Assembly (NCBI RefSeq): GCF_000017945.1 | Contig: NC_009776.1 | Span: 300,001-332,000, forward strand | Length of the DNA stretch: 32,000 nucleotides | DNA from: Ignicoccus hospitalis KIN4/I | GTDB taxonomy: Archaea > Thermoproteota > Thermoprotei_A > Sulfolobales > Ignicoccaceae | Direction of reading: 5' to 3' | Shown here: positions 1 to 9,364 of the stretch, piece after piece | Layout: each line of letters opens with the position of its first letter | Numbering within the stretch: the stretch's first letter is position 1 | Program-made: the position numbers and the translations under genes | Notes under the pieces: generated by a model | What the model saw: the letters and a program-made list of their open reading frames with translations, nothing else | Databases searched by the model: none | What the model was told of the DNA's origin: nothing

Positions 1-146
1 TCGTAGTCCACCATCTTCTCGTCGCAGCCCCTCCCGCCTTGGTCCAGCGGGAGGACGTCTTGGATTGCTTCCTCCACCTCGTCTTGCGGCATGAGGACTA
101 CTGTGCTGTCTGGGTGCTGGGTGGCCATCAGCTTGGGAACCTTCAC
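1..146 (-). CDS. ppcA: Archaeal-type phosphoenolpyruvate carboxylase, N-terminal fragment (runs off the left edge)
   Basis: Minus-strand reading from GTG at 146: MKVPKLMATQHPDSTVVLMPQDEVEEAIQDVLPLDQGGRGCDEKMVDY... The 'MATQHPD' start and 'G.DEKMVDYE' motif are typical of archaeal PEPC. Not in the supplied ORF track because it is truncated. Confidence 0.75.
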   Translation of the reverse strand, partial: MKVPKLMATQHPDSTVVLMPQDEVEEAIQDVLPLDQGGRGCDEKMVDY

Positions 147-239
147 CGTCCCTACCTCTAGCGGGCCTTGTGTAAATGTGGGTATATATCCACTGCTTCA
201 GCGGCTATAACCGCTCCGACGGAGGGCGAGGGGGAGCGC

Positions 240-1523
240 TTGAGGATAACGGAAGAGGCCTTGGAGGTGGTGAAACACTACCCCCTATGCGACCACTGCT
301 TGGGCTCCTTGTTCGCCAGGCTGGGCAAGGGCTTGGGGAACGAGCACAGGGGAGAAGCCATAAGAAGAGTAATTATCATGGAGTTGGATAGAATGGTCAG
401 AGAAGGGGAAATAAAAAAGGAGGAGGCAGAAAAGATAATGAGTAACTTCGATTCTGACGAGGTGGAGGAGCTGGCTAAGAACATGGGCTACTCCGTCCGG
501 AGGAGGAGCTGTTACGTCTGCGGGGGCAAGTGGAGGGAGCTGGTGGAGGAGTGGAGTAAGAAGGTAGTAGACGCCTTGAAGGAGTACGAGTTCGACACGT
601 TCTTGGTGGGCTGTTCGGACTGCGGGGGAATGGTCGAGAGGCAGAGGGAGATAATAAGCGCCTTTAGGCTCCCGTACGCCGAGAGCGTGAAGAACTCGCT
701 GAAGAGGGAAGTGGGCAAGAGGGTCAAGGAGCTCCTCGGAAAGGAGCCGGACTTCGAGGACCCGCACGTGGTCGCAATAATGAACTTGAGGGAGGACAAG
801 GTAGACTTACAAATAAAGCCCGTGTTTATATACGGCATATACAAGAAGAAGGCGAGGAACGTCTCCCAGAGCGAGTGGAAGTACCCGTATTCGGTGGAGA
901 GGGCGGTTAGGAAGGCCCTATCCCCCTTCGGAGGGGAGGTGGTCCTCCACGCCTCCGGGAGGGAGGACGTGGACGTGAGGGCCTTGGGGACGGGCAGACC
1001 CTTCGTGGCGGAGGTGAAGAGGCCTAAGAGGAGGAGGCTCCCGGTAGAGGGCTCGGAGTACGAGGACGAGCTGGTGTGGCTCAGGTTCGAGCGCTACGTG
1101 AACCGCGACTGGGTACAGAGGGTGAAGGGCGACGAGTCCAAGAAGGAGAAGGTCTACTTGGCCTTGGTTTACGTGCCCGAAGGCGTGGACGAGGGGGACT
1201 TGAGGGCCCTAGAGGAGTTCTTCGAGGACGTGACGATAAAGCAGAGGACGCCCAAGAGGGTGCTCCACAGGAGGGCGGACGTGGTGAGGGAGAGGAAGGT
1301 GTACTGGGTCAAGGCAAGGAAGCTCAACGACAAGTCCTTCGAGGCCCTCATAAAGGCCCAAGGGGGCCTCTACATAAAGGAGCTGGTGAGCGGGGACGAG
1401 GGGAGGACCGAACCCTCCTTCAGCTCCTTCTTAGGGAAGGAAGCGACCTGCGCGAGCTTGGACGTTGTCTGGGTCTCCTTGCCACAGGCCGAGCTTCGAG
1501 GCGGAGGAGAGGAGCGCGGATAG
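240..1523 (+). CDS. pus10: tRNA pseudouridine(54/55) synthase Pus10
   Basis: MRITEEALEVVKHYPLCDHCLGSLFARLGKGLGNEHRG... with paired CxxC (CDHCLG, CYVCGG), and C-terminal YIKELVSGDEGRTEPSFSSFLGKEATCASLDV. The listed ORF begins at 168, but a GGGGGAG Shine-Dalgarno-like motif precedes TTG at 240, which fits the family N-terminus better. Confidence 0.9.
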   Translation: MRITEEALEVVKHYPLCDHCLGSLFARLGKGLGNEHRGEAIRRVIIMELDRMVREGEIKKEEAEKIMSNFDSDEVEELAKNMGYSVRRRSCYVCGGKWRELVEEWSKKVVDALKEYEFDTFLVGCSDCGGMVERQREIISAFRLPYAESVKNSLKREVGKRVKELLGKEPDFEDPHVVAIMNLREDKVDLQIKPVFIYGIYKKKARNVSQSEWKYPYSVERAVRKALSPFGGEVVLHASGREDVDVRALGTGRPFVAEVKRPKRRRLPVEGSEYEDELVWLRFERYVNRDWVQRVKGDESKKEKVYLALVYVPEGVDEGDLRALEEFFEDVTIKQRTPKRVLHRRADVVRERKVYWVKARKLNDKSFEALIKAQGGLYIKELVSGDEGRTEPSFSSFLGKEATCASLDVVWVSLPQAELRGGGEERG

Positions 1524-2267
1524 CACCCTTTCGTCCCTCCCGAAGAACAGGTTGCCCACCACGCTCACCTCGTCCGTGGGGAAGGACTCGTAAACCTCCG
1601 GCACGGGGACGCCGGCCCTCTTGATAATCAAGTAGGCCCCGGCGACGTCCACGTTCCTTATCTTGTTCCTAACGTCCACGAGCGCCAACAGCTTCCCCCT
1701 CGCGACGTTTACCATGTCGAGCGCTATGGCCCCTGGCACCCTTACCTTGGGCCTTCCCAAGAGCTTCCTCAGCTCTACTAAGTACTTGCTCTGCCTCTCG
1801 TCCTCGGGCTCGCCGTAGAATACCAACACCTTCTCCGGGGCCCCGGGAATAACCTCGCCCTCCCCGGAGTAGGCCTTGTCGGAGGCGGAGTAGCAAGGGT
1901 GCCCGAAGCCCGGGCAGACGGCCGAGGCCACCAAGGTTGAGAAGTCCTCCCCCTCGGCTATGGCCACGCTCACCGCCCAGTGGGGGGAGCCCACGGCGTA
2001 GTTCAAGCTCCCGTCCAAGGGGTCCACCACAGCGTAGGGAGGCCCCTCGCCCACCACCCCCTTCTCTTCGGTAACTATACCCCCTTTGAAGCCTTCTTCT
2101 CTCAACGTTTTTATTATTAAGTCCTCCACTTCTAAGTCTATTTTCCTGCTCACGTCGCTCTTGTGCTCTTCTACGACCTTCAAGTAACTTTCGTCTAAGA
2201 ACTTAGACCTCAAGAAGTCCCTAGCCCTTTCGGCTACCTTTAAGGCGAGCTTACGGGGTCCTTCCAA
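1431..2267 (-). CDS. Inositol monophosphatase / fructose-1,6-bisphosphatase family protein
   Basis: VTEEKG... and VVDPLDGSLNYAVGSPHWAVSVA metal-binding motifs of the IMPase superfamily. Confidence 0.85.
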   Translation of the reverse strand: MEGPRKLALKVAERARDFLRSKFLDESYLKVVEEHKSDVSRKIDLEVEDLIIKTLREEGFKGGIVTEEKGVVGEGPPYAVVDPLDGSLNYAVGSPHWAVSVAIAEGEDFSTLVASAVCPGFGHPCYSASDKAYSGEGEVIPGAPEKVLVFYGEPEDERQSKYLVELRKLLGRPKVRVPGAIALDMVNVARGKLLALVDVRNKIRNVDVAGAYLIIKRAGVPVPEVYESFPTDEVSVVGNLFFGRDERVLSALLSSASKLGLWQGDPDNVQARAGRFLP

Positions 2268-2910
2268 CCTCTCCCACCTCCGCCCCTCTGCGCTCTAAGA
2301 ACTTCACTATTTCCTCAACCGCCTTCTCGACGTCCTCCTCCGGAACCCCGGGGACCCCGGCGCCCGCTACCAGCGCGTTCTTAGTGTTCAAGGTAACCAT
2401 GGTCCTCCTCGAGTCCCTATATGGAAAGAGGTGCATGGGCCCCTTCTCGTCGGCCAAGACTATTTCTATCCCTTTCAGCTCGAAGGGGTCGGAGCCTATG
2501 GGCTCGAAGGGTTCGCCCCTTTCAGCCCTCCTCAGCGTCATATTACCAACTACGTTGTCTAAGTCGTAAATTCCTATAGGTACTAGGTATTTCAAGCTTA
2601 TCGCGTTGCCCAAGTCCACGAGCGAGTTTATCCTCGGCAGCCTCCCCCTCAGGGCCCTCCTCGCGAGGGCCTCGGAGGAGGGCCTCACCTTGGTGGGGTC
2701 TATCCCCATGTCCCACATGAACTTCCTATACGCCCTTACCTTCGGGTCCTCCTTTAGGGACTCTAAGGTGAGCCTCGCGCGGGCCCCCTCCTCAGCTTCC
2801 CTCAATAAGGCCTCGACCTCGTCGTCGGCCTCCTTGACCTCCACGCCCTTCACGACGGCGAAGTAGAGGTAGGCCCCCTTCTCCTTCGAGTACGCGTCCC
2901 TCGATATCAA
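2251..2910 (-). CDS. B3/B4 tRNA-binding domain-containing protein
   Basis: KVRAYRKFMWDMGIDPTKVRPSSEALARRALRG...PRINSLVDLGNAISLKYLVPIGIYDLD is typical of stand-alone PheRS B3/4-domain proteins. Confidence 0.8.
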   Translation of the reverse strand: MISRDAYSKEKGAYLYFAVVKGVEVKEADDEVEALLREAEEGARARLTLESLKEDPKVRAYRKFMWDMGIDPTKVRPSSEALARRALRGRLPRINSLVDLGNAISLKYLVPIGIYDLDNVVGNMTLRRAERGEPFEPIGSDPFELKGIEIVLADEKGPMHLFPYRDSRRTMVTLNTKNALVAGAGVPGVPEEDVEKAVEEIVKFLERRGAEVGEVGRTP

Positions 2911-2943
2911 GGCTCCCCGTCCGAGGGCGTATGGGGAGGAAAA

Positions 2944-4341
2944 TCAAAGTAGCCTTTCGGCCATAGCCCTCCCGGCTATCACGCCAGTGGCAGCGGCCAC
3001 GTTTATGCCCCTCGAGAGCCCGGCCCCGTCGCCGGCGGCGTAAAGCCCGTCGACCACGGTCTCCATGTTGCGGTCCACCCTCGCCTTCATGCTGTAGTAC
3101 TTTATCTCCGGGGCGTAGAGCAAGGTGTGTGGCGAGAAGACTCCGGGTATTATGTAGTCTAAGCTCTTCAGGCCCTCCAGTATGTTGGTTATCACCCTGT
3201 ACGGGTAGGCCATGCTTATGTCGCCGGGCGTCACCTCCCTCAAGGTGGGCCTCACTATGCCCCTCTTGATCCTCTCCCAAGTGCTCCTCCTTCCGCTCTC
3301 CAAGTCAATTAGCCTCTGGACCAGCGGGTTCCCCCCTCCCAGCCTCGTGGCGAGCTTGGCTATGTTCTTCCCGTATTCTATGGTGTCTTCCATGGGGTCG
3401 GTTAAGTTTATAGTTACCAAGAAGGCGAAGTTGGTGTTGTCGCTCTTCTTGCTCAAGTACGCGTGGCCGTTTACGCCCACGGTCCCGTCGTCGTAGAGCT
3501 CCTTGACCACGAACCCCCTGTGGTTCGTACAGAAGGTCCTCACCTTGTCGTCGAACGTCTTCGTGTATATGATTATCTTAGGGTCTACTTCGACTTTTAT
3601 GACGTCCTCCATGACCGCCGCCGGGACCTCGACCCTTACCCCCACGTCCAAGGGCCCGGGCTCCAGCTCCACCCCGAGCTTCCGCGACACCTTCACGAAC
3701 CAGTCCGCTCCCCCTCTGCCGGGGGCCAGCAAGAGCAGCTTGGAGGTGAACTCTCCCTTGTTAGTCTTAACAACGAACCGGCTGTTGATCTTGTCCACGT
3801 CTATTGCTGTGGTGCCCACAATGAAGTCCACCCCACGCTCTTGCAAGAACTTAGTCATGTTATCTATCACTTTTACTGAGTTGTCCGTACCTATGTGCCT
3901 CTGCCTTATGGGCACGAACTTGGCCCCTACCTTGGCGGCCCTCTTCTCTATCTCCTTGGTGGCCTCCGGGTCGGGCTCGTGTAAGGTGTCGGGAGGGGCG
4001 CCAAACTTCAAGAACACTTGGTCCACGTACTCTATCAGCTCCCAAGCCTTCTCCCAGCTCCCCACGAGCTCGTGGAGGTCGCCGCCCACGTCGGGCCTCA
4101 AGTTTATCAGGCCGGAGGAGAGCGTGCCGGCGCCCCCCACGCCGTAGATTATGTGGCACGGCTCGCAGTAGGTACACTTCCCGACCTTGGGCTCTTGGAG
4201 CGGGCACTTCCTCTGGTGGGCGAAGTAGCCCTTCTCTATTATCCCTACCCTCAGCTTGCCCTCCCCTAAGGTGGCCAGCTCGTGGGCCGCGAACATCCCC
4301 GCGGGGCCAGCCCCCACTATTAGGACGTCGTACTCCTTCAC
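2944..4341 (-). CDS. NAD(P)/FAD-dependent dehydrogenase/oxidoreductase
   Basis: N-terminal [20 protein letters not shown] Rossmann motif and C-terminal [29 protein letters not shown]-binding motif. Confidence 0.85.
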   Translation of the reverse strand: MKEYDVLIVGAGPAGMFAAHELATLGEGKLRVGIIEKGYFAHQRKCPLQEPKVGKCTYCEPCHIIYGVGGAGTLSSGLINLRPDVGGDLHELVGSWEKAWELIEYVDQVFLKFGAPPDTLHEPDPEATKEIEKRAAKVGAKFVPIRQRHIGTDNSVKVIDNMTKFLQERGVDFIVGTTAIDVDKINSRFVVKTNKGEFTSKLLLLAPGRGGADWFVKVSRKLGVELEPGPLDVGVRVEVPAAVMEDVIKVEVDPKIIIYTKTFDDKVRTFCTNHRGFVVKELYDDGTVGVNGHAYLSKKSDNTNFAFLVTINLTDPMEDTIEYGKNIAKLATRLGGGNPLVQRLIDLESGRRSTWERIKRGIVRPTLREVTPGDISMAYPYRVITNILEGLKSLDYIIPGVFSPHTLLYAPEIKYYSMKARVDRNMETVVDGLYAAGDGAGLSRGINVAAATGVIAGRAMAERLL

Positions 4342-4342
4342 C

Positions 4343-5362
4343 TCAACACACCCCCACGGTCTCCAGAGCTTCCGGGCCGGTTCCCACGTAACAGACCGGG
4401 ACGCCCACCTCTTTCTCTATATCGCTGATCCAGAGCCTCGCCTCGGGCGGCAAGTCGCTCCACGAGGTGACCCCCTTCGCCTTGGGGAACAGTACGTCTA
4501 TCTTCGTTATTGCAATTTTGGTCGCGCCGTTGGCCCTCGCCGCCCTCTTGAGTAAGTCCAAGTTCTCCTCCAGAGGGGCCGCCCTCCTCGGCCTGCCGGT
4601 TACAGTGCCCCTCTCTACCATGCCCCTCCTCTGGAGCTCCTCCAAGCTCAGCTCTCCCTTGAGGGGTCCCTCCCCGACCCTCGTTACGAAAGACTTAGTG
4701 ACCAATATGACGTCCTCCACGTCCGAAGGGGCCAGCCCGGTCTCGCTTAGGAGGGCCCCGGCGGTGACGTCCCTAGAGGTCACGTACGGGTACGTGCCGT
4801 GGAACAAGCTCAACCCGAAGCCTTGTGTGCCCTCCACGTGGACCACTTTATAAGAATCCACCGCGTCGTAGAGCAATGAGGGCACGTCCGTAACCGTTGC
4901 GTACTTTTCAATTTCTTCTTTGAAGTCTCTGGCTAGCTTGAGCCTCCTCATTACTCTGTCGCTCATCGCTGCCCCGACTCCCGTGAGGGTCGAGCCTATC
5001 CTCGACCTCAAGTGGGCGTCCTCCCTCTCCCTCCTGACGTGCTCTTCCTCAATAATTCCGGTATTTTCGTCAACGAATACCCTCTCTTTCGAAATTCCGA
5101 GCTCCTTCACTTCGTTCGCCAGAACCCCTACGCTTATCAAAGCTCCCGGGGCGACGGCGGCCTTGCAGACGTCACACGTCACCGTCCCTGAGGGCAAGGC
5201 CCTAAGCTTGTACTCCTTACCCATGTGTACTACCGTGTGGCCAGCGTTTATCGCCCCGGTCCTCACTAGGAACTCGGGCCTCTCGACGAAGGATAGGTAA
5301 GCCGCTACTTTGCCCTTACCCTCGTCCCCGAAGAGCGCGCCTACCACGAGCCTAACTGGCAC
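4343..5362 (-). CDS. purA: Adenylosuccinate synthetase
   Basis: [19 protein letters not shown]...[11 protein letters not shown]...[29 protein letters not shown] motifs. Confidence 0.93.
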   Translation of the reverse strand: MPVRLVVGALFGDEGKGKVAAYLSFVERPEFLVRTGAINAGHTVVHMGKEYKLRALPSGTVTCDVCKAAVAPGALISVGVLANEVKELGISKERVFVDENTGIIEEEHVRREREDAHLRSRIGSTLTGVGAAMSDRVMRRLKLARDFKEEIEKYATVTDVPSLLYDAVDSYKVVHVEGTQGFGLSLFHGTYPYVTSRDVTAGALLSETGLAPSDVEDVILVTKSFVTRVGEGPLKGELSLEELQRRGMVERGTVTGRPRRAAPLEENLDLLKRAARANGATKIAITKIDVLFPKAKGVTSWSDLPPEARLWISDIEKEVGVPVCYVGTGPEALETVGVC

Positions 5363-5396
5363 CCAAGTACCCTTGTGGGCGCGCTCGCGCGTCCAG

Positions 5397-5406
5397 GATA
5401 TAAAAC
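5397..5406 (-). promoter_or_regulatory. Candidate archaeal TATA box for purA
   Basis: gatataaaac (minus strand GTTTTATATC), centred about 39 nt upstream of the GTG start at 5362. Confidence 0.5.
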
Positions 5407-5407
5407 T

Positions 5408-6544
5408 TCACCTAGTTATCTGTATCTCCTTCATTTCCTCGAGGTATTTCTTGCCCGGCCCCTCTACGAAGTACTCCCTAACGGGCTTCAGCATCTCAAC
5501 CAAGTACTCCGCCACGGCCAACTTGAGGTCCAGCGGGTGTAAGGCCTTGGCGGCGAAGTCCCTTTCCACCTCTTGATAACTCTTGTACTCCTTCCTCTCT
5601 CCCGTCTTCTTGTTTACTACTTCGAAGCTCCTCCCCAAGTCCTCCAACCAAGGGAACACCACGTACTTCACTATTTCCAACACCGGGTTCATTTCGACCT
5701 CTCCAATAGGACAGTAGGCCCTCTTCAGTTTCCTCTTGATCTCCTCGGGGGAGTCGTGTACGAATATGGCGCTCTGGGGCACAGACTTGGACATTTTTAT
5801 TTCAACTATCCCTTCCTCGAAGGCCTCTCTATCGCCTTCCCTCTTAGCCTTCAACAGCTTCTCCCTCGTCTCTTCATCTATGTGAAGGCCCAGTAGCAAG
5901 TGGTGGTGGAGCGCCACGGGCTTGTAGCCGAACTCCTTGGGCCCCACCTCTATTGCTATTACGTGCGCCTTCCTCTGGTCCATTCCGCCGTGGGCCAAGT
6001 TAACCCCGAGGGAGAATATGTCGGCCACTTGCATTGGCACGTAAACCAGCTGTCCGAAGTTCACCGACTCGCCCTCCTTCCTCCCCATTATTGTTATGCT
6101 CCTCTTTACCCTAGCTAGCGTTAGCCTGTTGGAAACTCTCAAGAAGTTTTCAAAGTACTTAATCCCGAGCTTCTCGAAGAACTCCGAGGCGAGTATTACC
6201 TCCACGGACTCCGGGTCCCCTCCTACGGCCTTTAGGGACTGGAGCAAGGCCTCCTTGAAGTAGCCCAACGCGACCCTCTTTATGGTGTCCAAGTCCCCGC
6301 CAAGCTTCTTGTTTATCCACGAGTGATAGTCTGCCAAAAACAAGGTCGTCTTAACTCCGGCCCTTTGTAAGTCGGCCACCTTCCTCATGGTAACTATTCC
6401 GGTTCCTAAGTGTACGAAGCCGGAGATCTCGAAGCCTATGTAGTGCTTCAGGGGGACCCCTTGTTCTATGTACTCCTTCAGGAGCTCGGGGGTGAGCACT
6501 TCCTCGGTGGGTTCCCTCATGATGAGTCTTATCTTCTCGTCCAC
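5408..6544 (-). CDS. tyrS: Tyrosyl-tRNA synthetase
   Basis: [15 protein letters not shown] (class I HIGH-like), [33 protein letters not shown] (KMSKS). Confidence 0.9.
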   Translation of the reverse strand: MDEKIRLIMREPTEEVLTPELLKEYIEQGVPLKHYIGFEISGFVHLGTGIVTMRKVADLQRAGVKTTLFLADYHSWINKKLGGDLDTIKRVALGYFKEALLQSLKAVGGDPESVEVILASEFFEKLGIKYFENFLRVSNRLTLARVKRSITIMGRKEGESVNFGQLVYVPMQVADIFSLGVNLAHGGMDQRKAHVIAIEVGPKEFGYKPVALHHHLLLGLHIDEETREKLLKAKREGDREAFEEGIVEIKMSKSVPQSAIFVHDSPEEIKRKLKRAYCPIGEVEMNPVLEIVKYVVFPWLEDLGRSFEVVNKKTGERKEYKSYQEVERDFAAKALHPLDLKLAVAEYLVEMLKPVREYFVEGPGKKYLEEMKEIQITR

Positions 6545-6573
6545 CTCGCCTTACCCTGAGCGCGCGCGAAGCG

Positions 6574-6584
6574 AAATTTAATAT
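6574..6584 (-). promoter_or_regulatory. Candidate TATA box for tyrS
   Basis: aaatttaatat, 30-40 nt upstream of the tyrS start at 6544. Confidence 0.45.
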
Positions 6585-6608
6585 CGACGAGCTCATGGGT
6601 TAGAGCGC

Positions 6609-6616
6609 TTATAACC
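6609..6616 (+). promoter_or_regulatory. Candidate TATA box for tatA
   Basis: cttataac about 20 nt upstream of GTG 6631. The spacing suggests that the start at 6649 (GTG) or 6652 (TTG) may be the real one. Confidence 0.4.
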
Positions 6617-6630
6617 TCCAAGGTCGCTCG

Positions 6631-6993
6631 GTGGCCGGTGGCAAGCGAGTGTTGCCCGTAGCCCTCTTCAGCCTAGGGCCCAACGAGATGCTGATACTGT
6701 TAATATTTGCCATCCTCTTGATCTTCGGTCCCTCTAAGATACCTGAGCTCGCGCGCAGCATAGGCGTGGCGGTCAGGGAGTTCAAGAAGGCCGCGGAGGG
6801 CGAGTACAGCGAAGAGGTGGAAGTTAAGAAGGGGACCTCCTCCGAGGGCGTGAGCGACGAGGAGCTCAAGGCCCTAGCTAAGAAGCTCGGCATAAGCACC
6901 GAAGGGAAGAGCGCTGAGGAATTAAAGAAGGAGATCCTCGAAGTGGCCAAGAAGGAGGGCCTCACCGGGGAGAAGAAGGAGGAAGGCTCCTAA
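6631..6993 (+). CDS. tatA: Sec-independent (twin-arginine) translocase TatA/E-like protein
   Basis: FSLGPNEMLILLIFAILLIFGPSKIPELARSIGVAVREFKKAAEGE: single TM plus amphipathic helix with the FGPxKxPELAR motif. The start may be 6649 or 6652. Confidence 0.88.
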   Translation: MAGGKRVLPVALFSLGPNEMLILLIFAILLIFGPSKIPELARSIGVAVREFKKAAEGEYSEEVEVKKGTSSEGVSDEELKALAKKLGISTEGKSAEELKKEILEVAKKEGLTGEKKEEGS

Positions 6994-7009
6994 CCGATAA
7001 CGTCCTTTT

Positions 7010-7714
7010 GTGACCTCTCCTCCGGGGGGCTCAGTGGGCAAGATAATTTACGACCCCTCCTTGAGCGAGAGGGTTAAGGTTTACAAGGACAGGAGGCACG
7101 CCGGGAGGGTCCTTGGCTCCTTCATGAAGTCTCACTCCCTAATCCCAGACCTAATAATGGCCATACCGGCCGGCGGCGTCCCCGTGGCCTTAGAGGTCGC
7201 GAAGGTATTGGGAGTTAAGATGGACATTATTATAGTGAAGAAGGTCTTGTACCCTTGGACTACGGAGGCGGGCTTCGGCGCGGTGGGCCCCTTGGGGACC
7301 GTGGTCTTGGGCCCCAGCCCCCTCAGCGAGGAGGAGGTTAAGCTTCAGCTGGCTGAGGCCTTGAAGAAGGTGGAGGAGAGGGAGAGGCTGTTGAGGAAGG
7401 GGAAGCCCTACCCGGACCTCACCGGCTTGACGGTCGCGGTGGTGGACGACGGCATAGCCGCGGGCTACACCATGTTGGCTGCGGTGGAGGCGGTGAGGAA
7501 GATGGGGGCGAGGGAGGTGTGGGCAGCAGCGCCCACAGCCAGCGTGGACGGCGCCGAGAGGGTGGCCCGGAAGGCGGACTTGGTGATAGTTCCCAACTTG
7601 AGGAGCGGGCCCTACTTCGCGGTGGCGGAAGCCTACGAGGTCTGGTACGACCTGGACGAAGAGGAAGTCCTCCAACTATTAGAGGAGGCTAAAAGCTTAG
7701 GGCTACTTTTGTAA
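7010..7714 (+). CDS. Phosphoribosyltransferase-domain protein
   Basis: Y(K)DRRHAGRVL..., AIPAGGVPVALEVAKVL, LTVAVVDDGIAAGYTMLAAVEAVRK (PRPP-binding-like loop with DDGIAxGxT). Confidence 0.8.
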   Translation: MTSPPGGSVGKIIYDPSLSERVKVYKDRRHAGRVLGSFMKSHSLIPDLIMAIPAGGVPVALEVAKVLGVKMDIIIVKKVLYPWTTEAGFGAVGPLGTVVLGPSPLSEEEVKLQLAEALKKVEERERLLRKGKPYPDLTGLTVAVVDDGIAAGYTMLAAVEAVRKMGAREVWAAAPTASVDGAERVARKADLVIVPNLRSGPYFAVAEAYEVWYDLDEEEVLQLLEEAKSLGLLL

Positions 7715-7768
7715 CGCAGAACAACTTGGAGTACGGGTCTGTCCTACTGCCCAAGTTCCTTTCCGTAT

Positions 7769-7930
7769 ATGCTTAAAAGCGAAAGTAGTAATACGTACCG
7801 AACGGCGTTGAGAAACGATCCCAGAGTGGCGTTAAGACGAGGGGGCTTAGGCAGCATAACCTCCATCGTGTTCATAACTCTAATAATACTAATGGCGCTG
7901 TTCTTGTTCGTCAAAATAACAAGCGTGTAG
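7769..7930 (+). CDS. Small single-TM protein, 53 aa, unknown function
   Basis: Not in the ORF track. ATG at 7769: MLKSESSNTYRTALRNDPRVALRRGGLGSITSIVFITLIILMALFLFVKITSV*. Basic N-terminus, C-terminal TM helix, ends directly before the next ORF (7931). More plausible than the overlapping antisense 69-aa ORF. Confidence 0.5.
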   Translation: MLKSESSNTYRTALRNDPRVALRRGGLGSITSIVFITLIILMALFLFVKITSV

Positions 7931-8603
7931 TTGGAAATACTTAAGGGGGTCAAGAAGCTCGTCGTGAAGACCGAGCTAGGGGGCTCGGCCGCGGAGATGT
8001 GTGCGGACGTGGTCTACGCGTGTTCTATAGGAGACCTCACTTTCCAACAGTCCAAGCCCTACCTAGTGTTCCACTGCGCCCCGCCGGAAGAGGGAAGGAA
8101 GATAAGGGCGGTGGAGGTCAAGCTCGAGGTCCTCTACACGACCACCGGGGAGAAGAAGGAGTTCGTGTTGTACATACCTAAGGAAAGGATTACGACCGTT
8201 AACGGGGTGGCCGTAAAGCACGTAAGCGCCCCTGGGGCGGCTTGCGGCCAAGAGGCCTCCGTGCTGGAGGACGTCGTAGGCTACGTCGACCCCGAAGGAG
8301 GGGGCGGCCGACACAATACTAATCTTGGACGACTGCGAGGGCCCCCTAAAGGCCTTAGAACGAGTCTACAGCGAGGTTGGGGTAGTCAAGTTCAACGACG
8401 TGGACGTGAAGCTGGCGCTCTTCGTGAGGGTCCTAGTCCCCGGAGAGCTCAAGGGCCTATCCTTAGAGGTCCAAGGGGAGCCCCAAGGTAGTGCAAGTGG
8501 AGAAGAGGCCCTTAAGCCAAGGGCTCTACTTGTTATGCTTCGAAGGTACTCAAAGGTACAACGTAACGGACGTGAAGCTCCTAGGTTTTCCCGCGTGGGC
8601 TGA
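7931..8603 (+). pseudogene. Possible frameshifted conserved hypothetical protein (pieces at 7931-~8304, ~8300-~8484 and ~8482-~8600)
   Basis: Coding-like sequence MEILKGVKKLVVKTELGGSAAEMCADVVYACS...EDVVGYVDPEG turns into Arg/Gly-rich off-frame sequence. Coding-like character resumes in the next frame (EGAADTILILDDCEGPLKALERVYSEVGVVKFNDVDVKLALFVRVLVPGELKGLSLEVQGEP) and then in a third frame (KVVQVEKRPLSQGLYLLCFEGTQRYNVTDVKLLGFPAW). Confidence 0.45.
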
Positions 8604-8647
8604 GCCTACCTTTAACCCCTCCCGTAAGGCCTTCCCGGGCCTAGGAC

Positions 8648-9364
8648 TTGAAGCCCCAACACTTGACCGCCAAGCCGGGAGAGGTGGCCGAGAAGGTAGT
8701 CGTGGTCGGCGACCCCGCGAGGGCCAGGGACGTGGCTAACAAGTTCTTGGAGGATGTCAAACTGGTGAGCGAGAACAGAGAGTTGCTGGTCTTCACCGGC
8801 ACCTACAAGGGGAGTAGGGTGAGCGTGGCGGTCCACGGCATAGGTGCACCTTCTGCCGCGATAGTGATTGAGGAGCTCGCCATGCTTGGGGCTAAGGAAG
8901 TGGTTAGGTTGGGGACGGCCGGGAGCATGAAGAAGGAAATAGACGTGAAGGACGCGGTCGTGGTCACCGGGGCGGCGCACTACTGCGGGGGCACCTTGGG
9001 CGTCTACGCGCCAAACGTGTGCTTGCCCAACTCCCCGGACCCGTGGCTTACCGTGAAGCTGTACGAGAAGGCTAAAGAGGTCGGGCTGAGGGTCCACTAT
9101 GGCCCCGTGGTAAGCAACGACGCCTTCTACGCTGAAAGCCCGGACTTCGTGGAGTTCTGGACTAAGAGGGGGGTGGTGGCGGTGGAGATGGAGTGTGCCA
9201 CGCTCTTCGCCTTGGGCTGGATGAGGGGTTTAAGGACCGGGGCCTTAGTAGTAATAGCCGACAGCTTAGTAGACCCCAACAAGAAGGACCTCCTCCACCA
9301 CGAGGAGCTCGCGGACGCCATGGACAAGGCCGCGAGGGCGGTGCTGGAGGCGCTCACCTCTTGA
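8648..9364 (+). CDS. Purine-nucleoside phosphorylase / nucleoside phosphorylase family
   Basis: HLTAKPGEVAEKVVVVGDPARARDVANKF...GIGAPSAAIVIEELAMLGAKEVVRLGTAGS...VAVEMECATLFALGW. Confidence 0.9.
   Translation: MKPQHLTAKPGEVAEKVVVVGDPARARDVANKFLEDVKLVSENRELLVFTGTYKGSRVSVAVHGIGAPSAAIVIEELAMLGAKEVVRLGTAGSMKKEIDVKDAVVVTGAAHYCGGTLGVYAPNVCLPNSPDPWLTVKLYEKAKEVGLRVHYGPVVSNDAFYAESPDFVEFWTKRGVVAVEMECATLFALGWMRGLRTGALVVIADSLVDPNKKDLLHHEELADAMDKAARAVLEALTS

Noticed and set aside
1076-1624. Plus-strand 182-aa ORF overlapping pus10
   Set aside because: Arg/Gly-rich off-frame translation inside pus10; not coding-like.
3463-4207. Plus-strand ORFs (3463-3879, 3503-4147) and minus off-frame ORF (3860-4207) over the FAD dehydrogenase
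   Set aside because: All overlap a well-supported dehydrogenase gene and lack family features.
7744-7953. Minus-strand 69-aa ORF
   Set aside because: Overlaps the more plausible plus-strand 53-aa membrane ORF (7769-7930) and the next gene start; its hydrophobic appearance is probably a mirror of the TM segment.
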